A stretch of 64,000 nt of DNA from an uncultured Planctomycetia bacterium (lineage in GTDB: Bacteria > Omnitrophota > Gorgyraeia > 2-02-FULL-51-18): the NCBI GenBank assembly GCA_964642015.1, contig CAZXLF010000008.1, forward strand, positions 18,705-82,704. Reading direction: 5' to 3'. The notes beneath the pieces are model-generated. The model saw only the letters and a list, made by a program, of their open reading frames with translations, was not told where the DNA came from and did not search any database. Shown here one piece after another: positions 44,801-56,800 of the stretch. Within the stretch, counting starts at the first letter, position 1. Each line of letters begins with the position of its first letter. Both the position numbers and the translations under genes were made by a program.

Positions 44801-47800
44801 CTGGTATATATTATTGAGGTTGATGGTCTGAGAAAAATACACACCCAAAATACCTAAGAAAATATACATCGGGAACGCGATGAAACCGCTTAAACCCAGA
44901 AATAGCACCGACACCATATAAATAGGCAATAACCAGGTGACCACGAATTTTTTCAAGTAGAAGCCGAGCGTGACGAAGAGCGTTAATTTCTTTGAGAATG
45001 ATATGTTGGGATCCCTAAAATACCTATAGATCTGTCTTCCCATCAGAAGCTCGTGAGAACTCGTCCCGAACTTCTCAAAAGCCACCGCCTGGTTTTGCCA
45101 GCTCGCTTCTCTGGATTTGCCTGCGCGCATATAGTCCCTTTGAACGCTCACCTGCCCCTTAAGCCAGGTTTTGATGGCAAGGGTCAAATCTTCGGCGACA
45201 TAATCAACCGGAATAACGCCGAACTCCTTAAAAGCCTTGCTATCAATGATCGCGCCATGGCCATAAAATCCTATGGCCCCAAGCATGCCTAAATTCCTCT
45301 GCACAATGGTGGTCCATGTTTCGTCTCCGATGGCCACCGCCATCGCCTTCCAGTTATAAGGCCTTGTGAAGATATATTCGGCGAAATTAACAAAACCAAT
45401 GTTCGGGTTCTGGTTGAATTCGGCCATCGCGTTAGGCAACTTGATCATCTGCTCATAGCGTGTATCAAAGTTAACGTCGAAAGCATAACATTTCTCATTG
45501 CGGATAAACGCTGCCATGTTGTTTTGGCTCAGCACCTTTCCTATTCTGGAGACATCACCTTCTAATAAAATTTTGTCTATCTCTACAACTTTGTCTACAT
45601 ATACACCTCTATCTCTATCAAACACTTTGACACTCTTAGACAGAGTTCCATAAACTCCCTGATCTGCATCTCCCTTCTTCGGGATTTTAATAGTTGCGAT
45701 CTCAAGCCAAGGATGATCAAGCTGAAGTTGTTTAATATATGCCAGGGTCTCGGGGGTTGTGCGATCACTTCCGGCGGCGGCGTAATACCAAAGAAGCTGT
45801 AATTTACCGTCCACCTTTTCCGCGATATTTTTAGCATATTCATCATCAGACATACCCTCAGGTTTAGGAAAGTTTATCCTGGCATACCGTTCATAAGACT
45901 TGCGCACATTTTCCAGACCTTTCAATGTTCTATAAATATGCATGCCCCTCATATTCGCCCAATGAACGATCATCTTTTCAATATCCGCGGCACCCTGAAG
46001 ATCCGAGGGAATAACAACCTGGTCCGCTCCTTTAATATTTTTGATGCTTTCCGCAAACTCAGATGCCTCCGGATGCTTTTCCTTTATCATCTCGATCAAA
46101 TTCTCCCACTCATCCTGATACCGGCTGACAAGGTGCGTCAACTTGGTCGTGCCGGTATCTTCGACATGATTTAACGGAGTCTCATTGGGATCACTAGTAA
46201 GCTTTCCGTTGAGTAGAAAAGCGATATTCTCTCCACCTGAGGTTACAGTCACTGTCAGTGTCTTCAAATCCGCCCACAAAGGAGCATCTTGCATATCCTG
46301 GTCATAAAGACTTTGATACAATTCCTTTAAGCGCTGGAGAGCTTCGGCATTCTTTGGCTGTTTAGGATCCGCAAGGTTGCGCAGATAACGATCTCTTTCT
46401 TCGTTCGACAGCTTGTTGTTCTCTCGAAGATTGTTGATAATATCTCTCATGTCTTGCTGATAAATAGCTTCTCTTTCCGCTTCACTTGTTACAGATCTTG
46501 GAATTAGTTTTTGCTTAAATTGGCTCTTTACGTTATCCATATCGCGGACCATTCTTTGCCATGTGAACGATTCGACATACCCCGCGACCCCAATGATAAT
46601 GACGAGACTAATAAGCGCAGGTATCATACTGCCTAAGATCAACAAACCTATCGGGATAGGCAAAGAGAACAAAACCATTAAAAATGAGATCTTGTCATAT
46701 CGGAATAATCCCGATTTCATGCCCTGATAAAATCCGAGCGTAGCTTGTCCTTCGTAAAAAAATGTCATGATCACAAGAAGCATAAAAGGCACGACCGGCA
46801 GGACCAACAGCGCGATAAGCGCAGCAGTGGCCAAAGCCGGCAAGGTAGAGCCTAGAAGAGCGATCACAGGGATCATAAGAAAATACAAAACGGTAGAATT
46901 CCAGCCCACTGTCATCGATGTGAGAGGCATCCATATCATCCACCACCCAAAGGCGTTTTCACGTCTGCGACTCTCGTCCGCAAGCTTCTGATCCTTGATT
47001 CCGGCGCCTTTTTTGATCTGGTATTTTATTCCGGATTGGTTTTCCCAATCCACTTTAGAAAGTGCGTAGACGACGATGGCGGCTACCGCAATAACCGCAA
47101 AACTAATGATCGCGGCGGTAAGGGCCCAGCCGGAAAAGATCGCAAATATCGGCAGAGGAAAAATGATCGTCGCGAGAAAGAATATGGGGATAGGCAAAAA
47201 GATCGTTACGATAAAATATGGCATGACGGGCAGCGCGGCGAGCAGTAATTGGCGCAATCCCTTAATGCCTAACGGGCCACCGGAACGATCTGAATAGGTT
47301 TTTGGCGCAAGACCTGCCGGCAAGTTACCGTTACCGTTGGGACGCGGCATCAAAGAGGAGTCTGTAAAGTATGGTTTATACTGTCTAAACAGGGGTGATT
47401 GAGTGAAGAGACTTTTAACAATAGCCGCGTCACCGCTAAGACCCGGTTTGGTGGCGTCAAGCTTCGCCCTGATCGTACTATATTCCGTCTCCAATTTTTT
47501 AACTATCCCTTCAAGACCGATCATATAATCACGAAGGTCCGCGTTTATTCCTTCTGGATTGCTCTTAGCATTCCATTCGCCTTCATACCGATTTAGCCAA
47601 TCTGGCGTGCGGAACCAGTCTTCAAAATCCTCAAAAGTAATATGGTCTTGCTTAGTCAAGAAAAGTTTTTTGGGTATAGGGGCATCATAGACATATTCCG
47701 CTTTCGCATAACGATAAAAAAGACTGATCCTAGCCGTATATTGCTGTCCTATTTTTTTTATCGCTTCCACATCTCGAGTCGCGCCAGCCGTTCTCAAAGC

Positions 47801-50800
47801 ATTGATCGCGCGGTTCCATTCATAATGTCTGTAAGTAGGGGTCGTTCCTCTGAAATCCCCGGCTGTAGAAAATAGGATCTCCTTCAACAGACGCGCCTCA
47901 AAACCTTCACTAGAAGACAGATACTGCCGCAGATCCTGCAGATCCTCTTGAATGTTTTGAATACCGGGTCGATTTAAATGAGTCACATGCTGACCGACTG
48001 CCTCCCTCCACGCAAGAAATTCTGATTCATCCGCAAAGTCAGACTTACCTAATCTAGCGACAAGGTCCCGGACCATATTTTCCTTCGCGCTGTTGAGCGC
48101 ATTGAGATCTGTAAAACCATAGTTCTCGTTAGCATCTAAAAGACCCTGTATACGCGCTTCTACTTGAGATTTCAATGTTCTTTGAAGCGCATTGGAACGA
48201 TCGATCGTAAGCCGCGCACCCTGATCTTGCGTGATATCATTCTTTAAACTTGCTCTAGCTTCTTCCTGCCCTGGAGCCACTGGACCTAACAGAAAATCCA
48301 GATGCTGATCTAAACGGTTGCTGAATAATTCTTGCGGTGTAGGAGCCGCTGGAGCTGGTGCGCCGCCAGGAAGCTCCCTTGGTTTTCTCCTGAACAGGCC
48401 GGCGATCCAGCCAAGAGGCCTCGCGATCCAACGGTTTTTCGTGAACAAATCGACAAGCCAGGCCGTCACAAAAGCTCTGAGTTGGGACAATCCAATGAAG
48501 GCAAGCACCCAAAGTAAACTCGTCCAAAGCTCATCCCAATAACCAACTTGTGATTTGCCTCCGGGTATTAGCTCGCCATCGACATATATATAAGTGTAGG
48601 TTTTTGGCGCAAGATTGGGGGCTAGCGGATCTGACTCAAGCATCGTCTGGACTTCCTTTTGCAGGCCATCGGCGGTTTGTAAATGAACGGTGCTTATATG
48701 TTTCGAAAGAGCGAACCCGTCTTCCGTGACCGATTGCACAGGACTTAAGAAAGAAGTATTCATGTCATATAAAATATATAGATTACCGTCCAGTACAACG
48801 CCGACCATTCCAGTCGCGAGTCTCGCGAGCTGGGTTTTATAGATCTCTCCCGCCACCCTTCCGTCGACAGTGATGATCTCGCTCTTTTTGAGCGCTTGGC
48901 GGCCAAAAATGATATCAAGAACTTTCGGAGGATCCAGAGTCGTCATCTCATAGATATAGGCATCAGGTCGTTCGCCAGGTTGTAAGTCTTTTAAAGAATC
49001 TTTGTTTTCAAATTTGATGACGGTCTTGCCATTGATCTCTTCCGTGGCAAATTTTACCGTGCGACTAAAATTCTTTACAGAGAAACGCTCGTTCTTGGCA
49101 TCATAAATATAAGCGGCCGGCAGAACACCCTCCGGGACCCTTCCCAATTCCTCATCCTCATACCACAAACGGTTGACGATCGAATTGCCATCTCGATATG
49201 CAACGATCAAGCTTCTTCCTTCCGGATCATTGGGAAGAAGGTATATATCCGCCATTTTCTTGGATGTGGGTTCCGGCCTTACATAGCGGATCGTTCCGCC
49301 TTCGGAAACTCTTATCCAGGCCATTTCTTGAATCACGGGGATTTGTGATTGCAGAGTTAAACCAAAATGATCTTTGAGCCCTTTTTCATATGCTGCCCTT
49401 CTTTCTTGTCCTAATTTAGTGTTTGGAAACGCGCTTAACGCTTTCTCGACCGTACCCGGTGCAGCCGGTGAAAAATATTCATAATTGATTTGACCATCAG
49501 CGCCGACCTTAAAGCTGTGCGTAGCATATCCCAGCGTGTTCCATTCCACCGATAAAGTTAGATTATTGCCCTGCTGCATCAAAATATTTCTTCCATAAAG
49601 ATCATTGGGTAAATAATAATTAACCCAGGTTGCACCGGCGGAATTCGTGGTCCGTGCCGGAATAAGCATGGTATCGCGAGAAATGCCCTGCTCTTTGAGC
49701 TTCGACCAGATCAGATCGTCGGGAAGAGTCGTATTCTTTCTCAAAGCATCGAATAATGATCTTGGATTTTCAAAAGTTGTCTTTTGGAGCGAAGTCTCTT
49801 TTCCATCCCTGACAAAGAATAATTCGGAAGATTTCGGCTGTAGGTCCGTCGTGTCCGTTGCGTTATTGACGTATCGAGTCTCATAATAGGTGCCGTCGGC
49901 CTGTGTGATGCGTTGGCTAATACGCCTTCCGTATACATCAACCGTACGGGTCATATTCATTGCCGGATATTTGTAAGTCAAAGACACGACCGCGCGCAGG
50001 TCTTCCAGTGTAGCTGTATCAGGGTTGAGAACGCGACCATCCCTAGTCGTCACCCTATCAAGGATCGCTTCATCGATTGGGTTGGTGTATTCGGCTAGTT
50101 TTTTATTATCGTCATTGAAATAAACCCTTACTCTTGTCGCAAACTTCATCACACCTGCCAAACCTTTATAGTCGCGGATCTCGACGTAAACTCGTTTAAA
50201 ATCCTTGCCGTCGTAAATCCCGGAAAACTTGGCTTTCAGCCGGCCTAACCCATCCATCGTTTCCTGCCAATACGTGTTGTTGGTCTCATCCTTGATCAGA
50301 GGAGCCAGATTTCCTTCTCTATCATAAAACGTTGTACCGGTCCTCATGTGTTTTGTAGAATTTCCGACCGTCGTATTATTCGTTGCGTCCCAGTTGTATA
50401 AATGGGATTCACTGGTCGTGAGCTCTTTTTGATCATTGTAGTTATAAAGAATAGACTGAGCCTGCTTGTTATCGGGCATCGGAATGTCAGAACGCGTAAT
50501 ATTGCCAAAAAAATCATAATTTTCGAACCACACTGTTCCTGCCGGCCCGCCCGTGATCTTGGTTCTGGCGCCTACCAGCTTGCCACCCTTAGAAACATAC
50601 TCTTGGACGGTTGCTGTGCTAATGGGAGTTCCATCAGCTGCGATATATCCGACTGTTTCACCATGTTTGATCAGGATGCCTTTAAAATATGTATCAACCG
50701 AAACAAGACGATCTAGAGCATCATAATTAAGTTTGATCTCTACGGCATCTTCTCCGACACCGATCGTTTGGCTTCTAAGCAGACCAAGCGCATCAAAACC

Positions 50801-53800
50801 ATATCTCGACACATTGGCATTCTGGGTCATATCCACCATGGCCATGTTATCCGCATTGACCCCTACGAACTTTCCGGAGGATCTGATCTTGCCGGCAATC
50901 GGCTGACCATTTTTATCCGTAGTCCTGGCTGTCCTGTTGTTTTCTTCTCCGTTGATGTATTGAACTTCCGTTTCCATAAAAATATCGCCCTTTTCGTTCA
51001 TGGAATAACTCTTCATAAGCCAATCGAGGCGATTGTAGCGGTCTTGGTGCTTTAAGTGCGTAAATAAATCTTCGGTTTCTACTATCGAAAAACCTTGAGC
51101 ATCATAACCTTTGGGTATGCTTCTTGTTTTAGGAATATCGTAAATATCTCTGCCTTGATCTGCGGATGCTTTCGCATTGTATCCATAAGTCACACGTTCT
51201 TTCTCTTCGCCGGCACGGCTGTCACGGGTAATGACAGTCCTCTCCCTCTTCGGGACCTCTACCGCCATGAGCCGGCCTTGACGGTAAGTTTTGATCAAAT
51301 TCAGAACCGGAGCTTCGTTGATCAGCTTTGTTTCTCGTGAAACAGAATTCTTCTCCTGATCGTAACCTAAGATATCAATATGGTGTGTATGCTTTGAAGA
51401 TGTGGCTAGACCCCTAAAATTTTCCAACGTCAACGGTTTGCCTGCGAGTGTATCAAACGATAAATTACCGTTGCGGTCCGGCTTGATCTTTGGACCGATA
51501 ACCATGTAAGCGTCCAGACTTTTGATATGGTCTTTAGATTCGGTGGTCGCGCGGTTAATGACGGTCATTTTCGCAACACCTGAATCATAAACAATGGTCC
51601 CCATCAATAACCCTTCGGGGGTGTAATACTCGATCACATCATCTGACCTGGCCTGGTTTAGCAGAGCAACTGCCGCATCCGCGTCGGGTTGTCTTGAGAT
51701 GACGTCCATTTCCGCATTCGTAAACGCGACCGGCTGACCTTTGTCGTTCAAAGCTTTCTTGATAAAATTTCCGTTCGTATCGCGTCTGAATTCTCTCTTT
51801 AACGCCACCTTTTGAGCATCCTGCCTGGTCTTATCAGCAAGTAATATCGGCCCTGTTTCACCTAATGAGATCGATCGAGAGAACAACTTTCCTCGGACAA
51901 GAGTGCCCGGCTCAGGAAAGATACCGTTGGCGTCTCTGAATGTTTGGCGGTCAAATTGAAAAGCGTCTACAAACTTTTCTTCGCCAAAATCTCCGATATA
52001 GCGTCTTGTGACCAAATTATCGTATACGGTAAACAATACTTCGCCCACTTTATCGCCTTCTCTGAATCGGTACTCAAAACGCGTATCGTATTGAGGGGCG
52101 CCGTCTTTATCCTTGGCGATCTTCCCGCTTGCGTCCTTCAAATAGGTCCGCACTTCGGTAATGATGTATTTTTTATCCGCCGTTGTGCCTCTGTTAATAC
52201 TTTGCTCGGAATCACCTGTCCATGGGAATAGATCCTTCACACTTGGATTGAACTTGTCATAAGTAAACCCGTCTCCGGATCGGATGGTGGATGTAATAGC
52301 TCCCGTCGGGAACGGGCTGGATTTATCCTTCCTTAATATACGCGTCACCCTGTCGGCCTTGATCTTTTCAGTCGGCTGTAGCGGATTTTTATCAAAATCC
52401 CTATTTTCAATCGGTGCGCCATCAATACGAATATTGCCTGTGAGAGAAAATGCAGGAATCCCGAACATCTGAACATCAATAGAAACCACGCGACCGTTGG
52501 AGTCCTTTACCAATACCCATGTCCTGCCCCAGCCTTTGCCCTGAGGTTCACGGCTATTACCTTTCGTGTCCACCGGCAACATAGGTGTATATGAATAATT
52601 AATATTATTGCTATTGTCGCTCGACTTTATCGCCGCACCTACTTCTTCGGCCACATGTATTTCTTCGGTAGCGGATAAAGGAGCGGCACGTACGGCCGGC
52701 GGTACTGCCTGAGGTGCTGCAGCAACAAATGCGTCAGGATGCCCATTCAGGACAAGATTGTCGAAGCCCGCTTTGGCAGCAGCATAAAAATTACCGCTGA
52801 TCAAAGCAGCGTATCCGGACGGCGTAGAAAATCCATGCGTGGTATCTACTTTTGCCGCTTTCCCGTCAGGGTAAACAGCATACGGGACGGCCAACGGATT
52901 TCCTTCCGCAACATTTCCGTCGGCATCACGTGGCTGAAAGTAACGGCCCAAACTATCGATCATATTACGGTACTTTTCTCTGTATTCAGTGGCTTTGTTC
53001 TGATAATTACCTTTAAGACCATTGTCTGTTTCTGCGCTCGCCAACTTTTCGTAGGCTTCCGCAATTCTGAGAACCCGTATCGCATATTGGGAAGATCCTT
53101 CGATCCAGATAACGTTTTTTTCGGCCGTTTGCTTGGCAAAACTTAGGCCGATCAGTCTTTTGCCGTCGTAAACACCTGTCCGCTCCTCGGCCGCCTTGAT
53201 CATCTTGTCTATTTCACTGAGCCGTTCAGCACGCGTCTTGCCGAAAAAGTCATCATTCAGCATTCTCTCAAGAGGAGCCCAGAAAGTAGTATCCGAAGCA
53301 TAACTAGTTTTATCGGCTCTCCATGATCCTTCTCTGAAAATCGAACCCTTATAGAACACGTGATTGGTCTTGTCATACATATCGCGGGTAAGATGAGTGT
53401 AAAGAAGCTCTGCTCTGTCCAACCAAACTTTATCGCCTGTTACTTGATAAAGTGCCGACCAAAAATGATAAGCGCTTTCCATATTCTCCGTTGATTCGAC
53501 ATTATAGAAAGAAATGCTGCTTCCGGCCGGCAGCGGCTGGCCTTCAGGCCCCATGCGTAAATGCCCGTCTTCCGTCAGCAATTTGGCTAAAAATTCCCCT
53601 CTGGCTTTCGCAAAATCCAGCTTTGCCGCGTCATTCGTCTGCGCATATCTTTGTAAAGCGGCTAACCCTATCCACGCATTAGGTCCTCCGTGAATATACC
53701 AATCCCAGTTCCGATGCCATTCGCCTGAATGATTGGTGATACGAACTACATTTAAAATTCCATTATCCGGCGAGGTAACACCTGGTTGAGGTTTGGTTTG

Positions 53801-56800
53801 GGGAGTTTTCTCGTCGCTAGCGCCCGAGTTGCCGGTAATATAGGTGTCTAATATTTTGTCCGCATTTCCATCAGAAACAATAGCAAAATTGGCCATTCCA
53901 TAAGTATAAGCACCATACTTTGAAATGTCTTCGCCGTCCCCAAAATATTCCTGAACTAGACCTGAAGGTAATGCGCGGCCTTTGAAATAGGCTAAGTATG
54001 TCTTAGCCTGCTCGGACAATTGTTTTCTCAGATCCCGGGCCAGTTTTTCGGCTTTTTGTTTGGCTTCTTGATTTGGAACAACTTGGGGTGTTTCTTTCTT
54101 AGCGGCAGGAGGCTGTTTAGGTGCGCCCGGTGGTGTTTGGCCTTGTGTCCTTCCGGCGCCCGTGAGCACGATCCCGAACAGAACAAATAAAATAGAGGCG
54201 GCGCGCATGAAGGTCTTATAAAATCCGGAAGGCCGGTTCGGGAACAATAAAACAGGAGAAGCTGGAGGCGCGCGTTCCGGTAAAGACGATAATTGATTTG
54301 TGGGAGGAAGCGAGTGCCCTCCGATATTACGCGCCGCTGCTTGAGAGATCCACATTGCCCAAGCCACAATGTCGGCGACCGCTTTATCTTTACTCGTCTT
54401 ACCGATCTCCCTTACTTGATCGGCCAGATTTCGTAACTCATTATTATTTTCACGACGCTGGATTCGAAGCCTCTGTTTCTCATCCTGAGATACCGCCACT
54501 GCAATGCTCTGATCAAGAGAAAGTTGCGCGGCCAGTAAAAAGCTCATTTGATCTAAAATTTGCTGGATGGCCTTCTTTTGGTTGTTGTCGATATTACTGA
54601 TATTTTTTAATAAGGACTGCACACCGTTCAGCTTTTGCTGGATCAAACGAGCATCCGATGTTTTCTTTGTCTCAACCGGCGTTATTCTATAATTCGCCGG
54701 TGCAATTTGGCTGACGATATCGAGATAGACTTTCGTTTGCTCCTCAAGTTGACTACTGATATTCTCCGATAATCCCGCATTTTTAATAGACTCTGAAACA
54801 GCCTTAACGTTGTACTCCAACCTGTCTACCAATTGACCGTGAGCAACCCATAGATCCGCCAACCGATTTTTTGCATTATACGATCCCGTAGCACGAAACT
54901 GATCGATGCTGTTTTGCAGATCACTTAACGCCGCAACAATATTTTCGATCTCGCCTGTAAGACCGCTCAAATTGGCGCTGGCAAGCGACCTTTGATTGGC
55001 TGACACAAAATCTGATAGATTACGGGCGGCTTCTTCAAGACCGATCAACGCCGCCACTCCTTCTGATACTTTCAGATTCAAACGATAACCGATCCATGAA
55101 GCTCCGACGACCATACCAATGACAGGTATGAACCAAGGCAAATTCAATATCCCTATCCATGCCAACGCAGTTCCTAAAATGGCTCCGGCGTATCCTAAGA
55201 AGAGTGCATTTTTGCCGCGGACGTTGAGATAATTGTAAGGCGCGGCAATCAAGGCTGAAAGGATGATCGGCACAATCCCCGCCGAAAATGCCCACGAAAT
55301 AAGCGTTCCAATCACTGCGCCGCTGAGCAGATGAGAAGCGATATTTTTAGCCTGCAAAGCCAATCTTGCGCCAGCCTTTGATTCAGCGATGATTTGCGCC
55401 TGTGCTTTCTGATTAGCATCCAATTCTGACTGAAGTATTTTTAAACGTCCTTCCGATTTTTGGACACCCCCATGCACCTCCCCGGCCCGGTAACCGACAT
55501 TACTTTTCAAAAACCAATCATAATCTTGCAATGCGGTTCTATTTTGCTCAGGTAATGCTGCAATCTTTTGTTGTAATTCTCCAACAACCTCATCTCGATA
55601 TTTAGCGTCAGGATAATTGAACACCGGTGGTAGGAATTCCGTGACCCGAAATACATTCCTTGGATAAGCCAAAGGAGACAAGCCGGCACTCCTTGGAGCT
55701 CCTTCAAGCCTTACGCCACCTTTAAGCAGAAACTCTAATTCAGAACCGAATACATTGGCATCTCCATTCGCCATGGCATTGCCGAACATTTCTTGTGCCC
55801 CGATAACCAAACTATAATCGGTCAGCTTATAAGAGGATGTGCCCAAAAAGATCTTCCCATCAGCGCTTGGAGTGATCGCGACAGATAATCCTGTGCGATG
55901 TTCCCATGCATCCCAACCAACCGTATAAAGAAGATGACGGCCTTCTTCTTTAGCGCTTTTAGCTTCCTGACTATCTTGATCCTCCCAGTACCAGATAGAC
56001 GGTAAATAAGGGCGAGCGCCACGAATATTCGCGAGACGCTTATTCATGTAATCAATATTTTGCAGGTACTCTTTATAAGCTTGCTGGATATTGTTGTATT
56101 CTTGCTCTGTCACATAAATCTTATTGGCGGACTGAATTTTATTATCTTTCAACAGTTGATAAATCTCGGGGTTGTTCTTCCTGAAATTCTCCCCATAAAT
56201 ATCCGCTGCTAACAATCCCAATTTATCCGCTCGTCTGACCCAATTCAAGCCAGCGATGACAAAATTGTCTTTTTGAGAAACAAGTACACGGTCAAACCTT
56301 CTTCCATACAGCAAATCATGACCTGTTTTTTCATCCCGCACAATCTTGAGATATCCATTAGCCTCACCCTTTTCTCCATCGATTTCGGCCATAACAGCTT
56401 CTGGCACTCCAGATCTGTCGAGATCTCGATAATATTTCGTCGACTTTTCCTTCGAAGGATCCGCATCCAGATCGATAACGAAATACCATTGATGTCTAAA
56501 ACCGGGCGCGGTGGGAGTATAGGATTTCCAAAATTCTCCGGGTCTCTGCGGAAAACGGTAATATCCTTTTGAAAAGGTCAGTTTGCGGGACGTGCCAAAA
56601 ACGGGAAGTTCATATTCGATCAGATCTCTGGCTTGTTCATAGGGCCGTCTAACCCCTTCTACACGAGCATCGACCATGGCGTAAAGTCCCAAACGCCTCC
56701 ATAAGTTCTCATAATCTTGCTGGGCTTTCGTTAATTCTTTTTGCGTTCTCGTGACCTGCTGTTTCAGCGATGCTTCAACACGCCTCAATTTTTCTAGTTC

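Noticed and set aside
35560-54660. Near-motifs GARR, GART, DARL and VARLA as extra processing sites
   Set aside because: They deviate from the consensus and lie inside apparent modules, so they were not counted.
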